A DNA stretch of 64,000 nucleotides from Octopus vulgaris (lineage: Eukaryota). Positions 53,030 through 64,000 of the stretch are shown piece after piece. How positions within the stretch are numbered: the first letter of the stretch is position 1; each line of letters begins with the position of its first letter. The translations under genes were made by a program, and so were the position numbers. Under the pieces are notes generated by a model. The model was not told where the DNA came from and ran no database searches. It saw only the letters and a list, made by a program, of their open reading frames with translations. Location of the stretch: contig OX597817.1 in assembly GCA_951406725.2 (NCBI GenBank), positions 88,784,001-88,848,000 on the forward strand. Reading direction: 5' to 3'.

Positions 53030-53320
53030 GGAATAATTGTAAATCTACTCATTTTAGAATAATGTGTGAAAGGATAAATTGCAGAGAGCCGACGTTCTTG
53101 AGAGAAAGCAATGAAGGAAGGAAAGGAAGAAGAAAGGAAGGAAAGAAAGAAGATGAGGCGCTGCCTGAGGGGTGTGAACTCAGTATGGTTGAAGAAAGAC
53201 GGCGAGAAGAGTGCGTCAGGAAGCTTTTGGTTGAGGGTGGTACAAGACAAGTCAGCTACATCTGAGAAACAGAGTAGTAGCGGCAGGAAAAATGAAAGAC
53301 GAGACAACACGTCTGTGGAT
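53030..53320 (-). mobile_element. Decayed LINE 3' end
   Basis: Residual LSFF.RYY...VADL.PP...SFFP pattern across frames. Confidence 0.4.
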
Positions 53321-53505
53321 TAAAAGTTGGAGTGTGTTGGTAATTCACGCCAATTCGAGTGACATTTCTTTGGATATGCTCAAGGATGTCTGTTTTTATA
53401 GCAACAGCAGCAGTAACCCGAACTAGATATACGAACAGTACTTCATTGTGAGTCTCACCTGAGTTTTGTGGAAAGCGATTGCAAGTAAATCATTGATGTT
53501 TAGAT

Positions 53506-54659
53506 TTGTAGTTCTCAAATATGGATACCAAAGGTCCATATGGCCCCTAGGAATCCATATAAGATTTTGTAGGGGCCACGCAAGCAAAATAGTAAATTGG
53601 GTGTCCATGGTAGTATTTTAGGCTTTCATTAAAAAAATTTGCTTTAGATGTACTTATTGTAAGAAACAACTAGTTTTCTAACACTTAACATACTTCAACA
53701 GAGTACTATGTAAGCTCTCCTATTTGAGTAAGTAAATAGAACTCAAGTTAAATTTACTACGATAAGTGACACTCATTTTAAGTTAATGTTAATTACTACG
53801 ATAAGTGACACTCATTTTAAGTTAATGTTGCTGATAAAGATCTCTGTTTACAAGAGAGTCTCATTGAGTTGCAGAGTGATGAAATATTTCGAGCAATTTT
53901 TAAGCATATATAATGCATGGAAAAGTAATGACACTGCTAACAAAAATCTTCACTACTCTTGAAGAAAAGCTGTACGTTACTGCTTTTCCTTCATCTTACC
54001 TAGTTGAATTTGGTTTCAGCCCTGTCTCTAATTTCCTTTCGAATTACCGTAATCAGTTCGATAGTGTACAACACTTGAGCAAAATAATCTTTTCTATTCT
54101 AGGCACAAGGCCCGACATTTTGGAGTGAGGGGTCCAGTCGATTAGATCGACCCAGTACGTAACTGATACTTAATTTATCGACCCCGAAAGGATGAGAGGC
54201 AAAGTCGACCTCAGCGGAATTTGAACTCAGAACGTAAAGACAGACGAAATACCGCAAAGTATTTCGCCCGGCGTGCTAACGTTTCTGCCAGCTCGCCGCC
54301 TTACACTTGAGCCAAATATTGCAAAACTAGCAGAACAGTATTAACTACAAGGTATCACATGGAATAAAGTAGCACTAAAGTAGTATTTTTGGAAAAATAA
54401 ACATGTCTTTGTATATTTATGACTTATTTTACTATTGAACATTAGTTTTCCATATAATTTGGTTAGTTTATGTGCAATAAATCGGTTAGTCTTCGACAAT
54501 ACACAAAATATTTGAACAATTTTAAAAATAAAATTCCTAATAACATTTAATTACAAAAGCACAATAGGGTTTTATAAATTTTGAATGGCTATTGAGAGTC
54601 CACCAGAATAAGATAAGATCCAAAGGGGTTCATAGATAAAAAGTAGTTGAGAATCGTTG
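53506..54659 (+). mobile_element. hAT (Buster/Charlie-like) deletion derivative
   Basis: TIRs ttgtagttctcaa and ttgagaatcgttg; perfect 8-bp TSD GTTTAGAT; dimerisation-domain remnant AFPSSYLVEFGFS. Confidence 0.88.
54087..54301 (-). mobile_element. SINE family B nested in the hAT element
   Basis: Flanked by a ~16-bp duplication acacttgagc(a/c)aaata. Confidence 0.9.
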
Positions 54660-56114
54660 GTTTAGATGGAAGAGCGTGTGGGGACGAAACCGAACCTTGA
54701 GAGTTGCTGGGAACAGAAGTATTTTCTGATCTACGTAAAAGATGACCCATGTTTGTGATACAGTCTTTGCTATGTTGAAGATATTTGTTCATCAAGAGAT
54801 AAAGCAATATAAGGCATTTATAGCACCATTGAGTGTTGCCGTTATGTGTTGTTCATGATGTTACTTTCATACGTGTAGTGATTGTGTTGAGAAGACAAAG
54901 TTGACATGGAAGATGTTTTCGAGGTCGTTGCTGAAGGAGACAGTGCAAGTTTGAGATGAAATTGCTTGTGGTTGAGAGTTGAGTGCTGAGGTATAAGGAG
55001 GGTACTAACAACTGCGTAGGAGTGGGAGTTTTGAAGTGATGGCAAATTGATCCTTGAAAGAAAAATGTGTGTGTGTGTGTGAGGGGGAAAACCGAATCTT
55101 AGGTTACATTAGATTTGATAGAACGTGCGTTATAGCTTCGATAGCCCACGCCATGATGGCACAGTCTTACAGGAAGCCATTAATCAAAGAGACGATTGAT
55201 GAAGTTCATAGATGGGCAGTTTTAACAAGGGATTTGAGAATCAGGTAATATTTTGGTGATGTCGAAAGCAACAACATTATTTTCTCCAAATTTTTGTATA
55301 GTTGCTTCCATATTCACCTCCCTAGCTATCTATTGTTGCCTCTTTATCTCCCTCCTTAATTGCTTTTCACTCCCTGTCTACCGATCTACATACCTAACTT
55401 CCTTGTGCATAACGCTGCTAAATGCACTATAAGACTGGGTGTAATGTAAACTATCACACGTACATCAACATGCCAGAGAGGAAGCATCTTTAGTGTGGAT
55501 AAATTTTTCTTAGTACCAGGGACAAATTGTACATGCGTAAGAACCTATGAATCACATCTATGTTAAGAACATAAATGTTTCTTTAATATTACAAATCCAT
55601 TGATATGAAACTTTTAATTACTGTTTAGGTCTAAGGCTTAAACATCCAGTTTATTCTTCTCTTTCTTTAAATGCCATGCTTACAGATGTCAACGATCAGG
55701 GGCCTTTATACAAAAACCTGAAGTTTCAGGAATTTTTCTTGAGAAAGATACAGCAGCAATTTCCCGTTCCCTTTTGCCGATTTATTTACAGTTTACTATG
55801 GTAGTTGCCTGCTCATCCGAGTTTACCCTTATTCTATAGGGTCTATTTAACCTTTGGGCAGGGTGATTGATTCACATGATATCAAAGCGTGTCCACACAC
55901 CGGTGGGCCTCTGTCAAGCGCCAGCCTTTTTCCGAATCTAGTATACCTGAGCCACAAGAGCATCTTTTTCTAGCTGACCTAAAACGGGAGACCTTAACAG
56001 GTACTATAACCCAAAGGAAAAGGTGATCTGAAGTAGTGGAGACCAAGGAGAAAAGGAGAAACTTCATATTCTCCAAACTCCTGAACTCCTGCCGGATGCA
56101 GTTAATTTCTTATT

Positions 56115-56528
56115 AACTCTCTTTTACTCTTTTACTTGTTTCAGTCATTTGACTGTGGCCATGCTGGAGCATCGCCTTTAGTCGAGCAAATCGACCCCAG
56201 GACATATTCTTTGTAAGCCTAGTACTTATTCTATCGGTCTCTTTTGCCGAACCGCTAAGTTACGGGGACATAAACACACCAGCATCGGTTGTCAAACGAT
56301 GTTGGTGGGGGGGGGGGGCAAACGCAGACACACAAGCATATACACACACATACATATATGTATATATATATGCGACAGGATTTTTTTCAGTTTCCGTCTA
56401 CCAACCGTCTTTGGTCAACCTGAGGCTATAGTAGGAGACACTTGCCCAAAGTGCCACGCTGTGGGACTGAACCCAGAACCATGTGGTTTGTAAGTAAGCT
56501 ACTTACCACACAGCCACTCCTACGCCTA
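56115..56528 (-). mobile_element. tRNA-derived SINE family C (complete)
   Basis: Minus strand aggcgtaggagtggctgtgtggtaag...ggttcagtccc; tail ...ctgaaacaagtaaaagagtaaaagag. Confidence 0.85.
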
Positions 56529-57413
56529 GGACGATTTTCTTTTTTTCAGAGGTTGTTATCAAAATTTCGTTGGTGGGTGTGATGTTCCCACCAACGGCTC
56601 CATGCAGTCGTTCGATCTGCAAGAAAAGTGGATGGCGACACACGTATATCTAGTATAATGTTGCCTCATAAACACTAAATTTTAAAAAGATTTACTGGAT
56701 CATCACAACTTCGAACACCTTTGTCCAAGGATTTATTGGGTCATGCTTTACTTGGGATTACAGAACTCCAGTACATCACATATGAGATAGACACAATTGC
56801 TCACTCAAGATGCTAAAAATAACAGCCAGTCTACTTCAAATCACAGGAGAAGTATATATATAGGATAATGAAGTCCGAGGTATTTCTATATACTTATTAT
56901 AAAAGAAAACCTCATGATCATAGCTTCAATGCTTTGATCATTATATTCTTCTGAAGAAGGTTGACTTCAGGATAAACAACAACACATACGCCAAGATATT
57001 TGCCGCCCTCATGATCTTGCCCCAGGTCACGTGACGCCAGTCTGGGCAAGCTGGGAATTAAAGACGTCATAACAGATAGTTTCAAAGTAATTTTATCCAC
57101 AAAGCTCCGCCTTAATTATCCGTGTTATTGTTCATCTGTTGGATTCTCTCCCGCCAGGCATGATGTTGACACCACACACACACACACGCACACATACACA
57201 CACGCACACACACACACACACACGCACACACACACACACACACATACGCGCGCGCGCACACACACACACACACACTCATATATATACACATATCCATGCA
57301 TATCCGTGCATACACACATCAATACACAGATTCACATTAAATAGTGACATATATAGAGAAATTCTTCACATACTCATAAACGCTTACATACATATATATA
57401 TATATATACTTAC

Positions 57414-57494
<81 letters not shown>

Positions 57495-57507
57495 CATATA
57501 TACATAC

Positions 57508-57552
<45 letters not shown>

Positions 57553-57601
57553 TAATATATAAATCTAAACAGCATGAACGACGCTTTCTACACATAACAC
57601 G

Positions 57602-57663
<62 letters not shown>

Positions 57664-58104
57664 TATGCCTTATATACTTATATGTTCTTTACATATATGT
57701 ATGAATGCTTGTGCGTGCTGTACATGCATGTATATATGTAAATATGTGTGTGCGTGTGAGTGTGTTTGTGCGCGTGTGTGTATATAAGCATCGATATTTT
57801 TTCTTTTTGTTTTGAAGCAACTTCATCATTTCTCAGCGAATGTTTTTCAAAATTTGCACACAAATTCAAGATCATCCAGAATAATGCTTGAAGACATCTG
57901 CCTGGAGTAAGCAGGGCAAATTCAAGAAGGAGGTGGTGAAAGATTGAGAGTTATAATAGAGTGGTAAACGCTGCACTTCTTTCTCTGTCTCAAACTAATT
58001 TTTCCTGTCTCTTTTCCTCACACACATCCTACCCCGCCTCATATGTAATACATATACACACTTTCACACTCATCTTCTTTGAGAACACTCTCTGTAGAAA
58101 ATTA

Positions 58105-58520
58105 ATATTGGTTTCACATTTTCGCATAAAACCAGCAATTTTGGGGGAGGAGGTACTTATTTCATCGACCCTGAAAGGATGAAAAGCAATGTCAAACTCA
58201 GTGAGATTTGAACTTAGTACATAGAGACGGACTGAGTGTCGCAAAGCATTTTGTCTGGCGCAGTAACAGTTCTGTTAGTTCATCGCCTTATGGAGAGTAT
58301 ATATTAGAGTACAGCAATTATTGTGTGTATCGTTATCTTATCTTCTATTTTTGCGTCAGCCTTAGGGCTGCGGCCATGCTGGAACAGTGCTATGAAGGGT
58401 TTAGTCGAGCAAATCGATTCCAAAGTCTGATACTTATTCTACCGTTTTGTTTTTATTTTTGTCGAACTGCTAAGTGATGGTGACAATAATGTAAGTTGAC
58501 AAAAAACGATTCTTAAGCGA
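58105..58520 (-). mobile_element. Decayed SINE B (58105-58289) and SINE C 3' part (58340-58520)
   Basis: Homology to other copies in the window. Confidence 0.65.
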
Positions 58521-58550
58521 TTATGAAGACAAACACAAATAAAATCACAC

Positions 58551-58631
<81 letters not shown>

Positions 58632-58702
58632 AAGTGATAATTGCAGAATCTGTGGACAAAATGGTGAAACCGTATGGCATATTACCAGTCAATGTACGCC
58701 AC

Positions 58703-59317
58703 TAACCCAGAAGGAATATAAGAGACGCCACGACAATATAGCAAGGCTTATCCATTGAACGCTTTACAATAAGTATGGTCTTGACGGACAAAAAGATTGG
58801 TACAACCACAAACCCGAAGGCATCATCGAAAATGATAATGCAAAGATCCTGTGGAATTTTATGATTCAGTGCGACCATGAGATAGAAAATAGGAAGCCAG
58901 ACATAGTCTTAATTGAGAAAGAAAGTAAACTATGCTAGATCATAGATATAGCAAGCCCAGCTGACAACAAGGTATGCGATAAAGAAGAAAGAAAAGTCGA
59001 TAGGTATGACGGGTTAGCTTGGGAGGTAAAGAAGTTGTGGTCGATGAAAAGGTGGTAGCGATACCAATAACTGTCGGAGCCCTGGGAACAGTGAGTAAAA
59101 ATCTCGAGAAGTACATGGAACAAATAGGGGCTGTAATAAGGTTGGAGCACTTGCCGAAAACAGCACTGCTTGGAACCGCTAGTATACTCCGGAATGTGCT
59201 CGAAAATTAAGAGGTGTTACCTTAGTTCACTGGTAGTGAACAGCTGACACTGTAATAAATCTCCAGCGTTAGAGGCTGTGCAAAGGCAATGATAACAACA
59301 ATAACAACAACAACAAC

Positions 59318-59409
<92 letters not shown>

Positions 59410-59410
59410 T
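58703..59410 (+). mobile_element. R4/Dong LINE 3' fragment with long (TAA)n tail
   Basis: EYKRRHDNIA, KPDIVL, IDIASP, PITVGALG, TALLGTASILR*; (CAA)/(TAA)n at 59290-59410. Confidence 0.88.
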
Positions 59411-61125
59411 AACGATCCCACACTCATGGATTGTCTGAGTATATTTAGAATAGCAGACAACATTAATTAGCTTTAGCATGAAGAAATGGAAAGTAGATCT
59501 CTACTCAGGTAACACACTCTTTGGAAAAGTTAATATCCAGAGAGGAAATTTCCTAGGGAATTCGTTGTTCCCTTTAATATTTGTTTTATGTTTGATCCTC
59601 CTCAGTTTAGTGTTAAGGAAGGCAAAGGCATGGTATCAGTTCTGAAATAGTAAGGGAAAAATTAACCAGAAGTAGTAAGGAAAAAATTAACCATGGATGA
59701 TCTGAAGCTTTTTAGTAAGAATGAAAAAAGAGATAGATTCCTTAATACAGACTGTAAGATTCTTCAGCGAAGATATAGGCATGGAATTTGGCATAGATAA
59801 GTGTGCAATATTAGTCATGAGAAGGGGAAAGGTAGTCAAAAATGAAAGCATCCAATTACCAGATGGCCAGACATTAAAAACATTGAAAGAAGGAGAGAGT
59901 TATAAGTATCTAGGAGTATTAGAATCTGACAAAGTACTAACTATAGAAATGAAAACGAAAATTGAGAAGGAGTACATCAGAAGTGTTTTGAAGCTAATGA
60001 AGTCAAAGCTAAATGGCTCGAATTTAGTGACGGCTGTAAATACTTGGGCAGTATCATTAGTTAGATACTCAGCAGCTTCTGTAGATTGGGCAAAAACTGA
60101 ATTAGCAAAGCTAGACAGAAGAACTAGAGCAGGAGTAGCAAAGTTATACTTACCAGGAAAGGAAGACGGAAAAGGGGTTAATATCAGTAAAAGAGTGGCG
60201 TTAGCTTGGGTAGATATAGACTCCATGTAGGTAGTAGTGAAGAAAGTTTATTAAAAGCTGCAAGAGTCACAGCAAGATATAGTAAAACCAAAGATCCAAA
60301 AGAAGTGAAAAATCAGAAAAGAGAACGGAAATCAACTGACTGGCAGAAGGCTTTGCATGGTAGATTCCAAAAGACAGTTGCAGCAAATAGTAATAGTGAG
60401 ATATATCTATGGTTGCAGAAAGGAAAACTGAAATGGGAGTCAGAAAGTTTGTTAGTAGCTGCACGAAATCAAGCATTAAGGACTAATTGGATAAAAGCCA
60501 AGATAGACAGAAACCAAGTAGATTCCCAATGTAGGTTATGCAAATCAAAAGAGGAAAACATTACTCATATAGTAAGTGAATTTAGCATGCTAGCACAGAA
60601 AGAATACAAGGAAAGATATGAGAACTAAGGGAGAGTAATCCATATTCATAAATGGTATGAACACGAACCTAGTAAAGTACTAGAAAGTAAGAAATGCAAG
60701 ATGTTGTGGGACTTTAACATTCAGACTGACAGAATAATAGAAGCTAGAAGGCCTGATTTGGTAGTAATAGATAAAGAGTATAGCAAGTACCAGATAATTA
60801 ACTTTACAGTCCAAAATGATTAAAAAATCAATATGAAAGGTATAGAAAAATAGCAAAGTACCAGGACCTAGCCATTGAATTACAGAGACTATGGAAAATG
60901 TAGGTAAAATGTATCCCAGTAGTTACAGGTGCATTAAGAACTATCCCTAAAGATCTGAAAAGATGGATAGAGGAAATAGGTATAAAATCCAGTTTAGTGC
61001 AGCTCCAGAAAACAGTGTGATTAGGGACAGCTAAAATATTTGTGAGGGTTCTTGGCATCTAAGGTTACTTGTTGTAGCCCAATGTTCTGATTTTTTTGTT
61101 TCCGAACAGTCTAATCTGTTGTGTG

Positions 61126-61174
<49 letters not shown>
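59411..61174 (+). mobile_element. 5'-truncated R4/Dong LINE (RT + RLE), decayed
   Basis: MDDLKLF, DIGMEFGIDKC, YKYLGV, CRLCKSKEENITHIVSE, RPDLVV; (TAA)n tail at about 61130-61174. Confidence 0.9.
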
Positions 61175-62362
61175 GGTGTATATAAATATGAATAGCTAAG
61201 CGTAAGAATTATGACTGGAGAATATCTATTTTAGAATTGGGATTAAGAATTATAATCAAGTTGATAATGTTAATATTTCGCAAAAAGTCTATGTAAGTAA
61301 TGGAAGGGCTAAATCAAGGAATATTGTGTAGTGTAATGCACCATTCGCATCTTACATAACTACTAATATTCTTCGAAATTCTTTACAGCATTGGATAAAA
61401 TATTTCCCACCTACAAGCAAGTACGGGAAATTATTTAATCGCCATAAAGTTAAATTTTCCTATTCAGCCACCAGAAATTTAGCTGAAATTATAACAGCGT
61501 ATAAAAAAAGTAAAATTAGACGGTATAACAACTCAAAATTGATAAACACAAGTAGAACCGATAAGATAAATTGTGATATTAATTCGTAATTATAAAAACA
61601 AATTTATGTGTCCTTTAGAAAATCAGTGTTTAAGGAAAAATAATGTATATCAATGAATAGTAATTGCAAGGGATCGTAGTTATTATTATATAGGCTCTTC
61701 TGCTATAATTTAGAAATCTAAATAACAAAATCATTCAACGAATTTTAGTGAATGCATTTGAAATTCGAAAGACAGGAACATTAACTACAGGGTTAAGTGG
61801 TACATTATAACTGGTAATTTTAAATGTGATCTTTTACCTAGAAGAAACGTATTATGTAATTACTCCAAATTTAATATTATTAAATTTTAAAACCAGTCTT
61901 AAGTTGAAACATTCCCATGAATATTTCAATAAATTATAATTGTTTTTCCTACAATCATATATGCAATCCTTTTCTAATTTTTTTTACTATACATAAAATG
62001 CTTGAAAACTAAATGTGACGTAGAATTTCTGTTTATTTTTTTATTCCTTTTTTTTATTCCTCACGTTATCATAAATTTAGATATACTGGCTTTTCTTAGA
62101 ATATCATATTTCTTCTTAACGTACTTTTTGCACGCGTTCATGTATTATAGATATTATTTCAGTTTGCTTTGAACTAAACCTGTTTCGGGTTACCTTGATG
62201 ACATTGTGTTCGCAATTTTTTTTTTTGTATTTATTGGTTTGACAGGTATTTGGTACCTTTTTCCTTTATCTAAATATACTGGTACAATAGAAACAACCGT
62301 CGGCGCTGTATGGTGTAATCAAGTAAAGATGTGATATTCGCCATTCTTGTTCATGTTGTTTT
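61175..62362 (+). mobile_element. Decayed Penelope-like element 3' part (GIY-YIG)
   Basis: SRNIV*CNAPF...YFPPTSKYGKLFNRHKVKFSYSA and CPLENQCL..NVYQ...YYIGSS; hammerhead-like motif at 62195-62301. Confidence 0.75.
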
Positions 62363-62371
62363 ATATATATG

Positions 62372-62425
<54 letters not shown>

Positions 62426-62644
62426 TACATGCATATATGGATACAAAATATATATTTATATTTGTAGTATAATATATGGATTTGTAGAATAGTGTGGTTA
62501 TCAAAGCTCATCTTGCAGACTCGGTTAACAGACGACTTAGCAATTCAATGCAGAGTTCCATGCAACTGAAATCCAGAAGATCCGATTATTTTATAAGACA
62601 TATATCAACAATTTACGTCTTATTTTATAAGACGTATCTTAACA

Positions 62645-62921
62645 ATAAAAGGTCAGGAGGTATGAGAGATGAATATATTTATTTAACCACTTGTCATCCT
62701 TAAGATTACGGCTGTTTCGCAACCCTCTTCATGTATTAATACTAACACAATGTATTGTATTGTAAAATGTGTTGTGTACATATTAGTGCTGATTTATAAA
62801 CATAATTTATTATATACTGAAATTATTGTTACATGAAGAATGTTGCGAAACGGCCGTAACTCAAGGGATGACAAAGGATTAAATAAATGTATTCATCTCT
62901 AATATCTTCTGACTTTTTATG
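62645..62921. repeat. ~95-bp diverged inverted repeat with hammerhead-like cores (Penelope pLTR-like)
   Basis: 62645-62740 is an imperfect reverse complement of 62822-62921. Confidence 0.8.
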
Positions 62922-63013
62922 TTATATGTAAATATATATATATATATATTGATAAAAATGGTAAGACAACAAAAGAATGAAAGAGACCTCGATATTATGT
63001 AAATGGAGGAATT

Positions 63014-63118
63014 TATCTGTAAATGTAATATATGGCAATTATTCGGTAGCCATGATAAAATATCCGAAACTTGGAGTTTTATCATGGCTACCGAATAATT
63101 GTGACATATTACATTTAC

Positions 63119-63123
<5 letters not shown>
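63014..63123. repeat. 47-bp near-perfect inverted repeat
   Basis: 63014-63060 versus 63077-63123, 3 mismatches, 16-nt spacer. Confidence 0.9.
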
Positions 63124-63177
<54 letters not shown>

Positions 63178-63185
63178 CATACATA

Positions 63186-63228
<43 letters not shown>

Positions 63229-64000
63229 GTGTATATATGTATATGCATTGTCTATATATATATATATTATATGTATGTATTGCGTATGTATATTGCATGC
63301 ATATATTGTGTATGTATATTACTTACATGCTGTATGTGTGTATTGTATGTGTGTATATATATGCTAGGTGTATTTGTGTGATATTTATATTATGTATGTA
63401 TGTGTGCGTGTGTTGTGTGTGTGTGTGTGTGTGTGTGTGGTTATTGTGTGTGTATGTGTGTTATATATCTGTGTATGTTATATATAGATACATGTTATAT
63501 TTGTGTGCTGTGTGTATATGTGATATATGTGGGTGCGTTGTGTGTGGGTGTGTGTGTTCTGTGTGTGTTGTTTGTATGTGGTGTGTGTTTGTATACTATG
63601 TGTGTGTGTGTGTGTGTTGTTGTGTGTGTGTGTGTTTGTGTGTATATATATGTGTGTGACAAACAGACGCTATCTGACCAGCAGGCACCAACACATCTAT
63701 TCACACTCGCATACTAACCTCCTGATAACCCCAAAATCATTCATGCATAAAGGGGAAGTATACACCACATTGGCTACTTCTTCTGTTCTCTCAGTTCAGC
63801 CTTTCTGCTAATACTGACAGGTCAGTAAAAACATACTTAAAATATTCTGAGATGTACAAAAAATCCATTTTAATTTTTGCTGTCAAAACGCTGTATATAT
63901 ATACCAAAGATTGTATATATATACATGTAATGTGACAATTTGCGACAACCAATAATTAACGCAACCAATTCCTAATAATATATTTGTTTTATCCTTTTCT

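Noticed and set aside
53754-53830. ~39-bp tandem duplication
   Set aside because: Local slippage within a dead hAT element.
54700-56105. Short ORFs and apparently unique sequence
   Set aside because: Probably very old LINE/RTE-like remnants, too decayed to call.

Overview
Repeat-dominated eukaryotic genomic DNA. The SINE families, CA/TA/TCTA/TAA microsatellite density and TE mix suggest an Octopus (coleoid cephalopod) genome; this is inference from recall, not a search. No intact host protein-coding gene could be supported, and most listed ORFs are microsatellite artefacts. The window holds three R4/Dong LINE 3' pieces ending in (TAA)n, a near full-length CR1 LINE (ORF1/ORF2 joined by a putative -1 frameshift site), a near full-length Tx1 LINE embedded in (TCTA)n with an antisense sister-copy fragment at its 5' end, a decayed Mag-like Gypsy LTR element (LTRs, tRNA-Ser PBS, PPT, 5-bp TSD), Tc1, mariner and hAT fossils, Helitrons, Penelope-like elements with hammerhead-like motifs, nested fold-back MITEs and many tRNA-derived SINEs. 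Non-repeat DNA at about 39.2-42.6 kb has promoter-like motifs (CCAAT, E2F, CHR, YY1) next to a cryptic, highly diverged array of about 16 units of about 38 bp.
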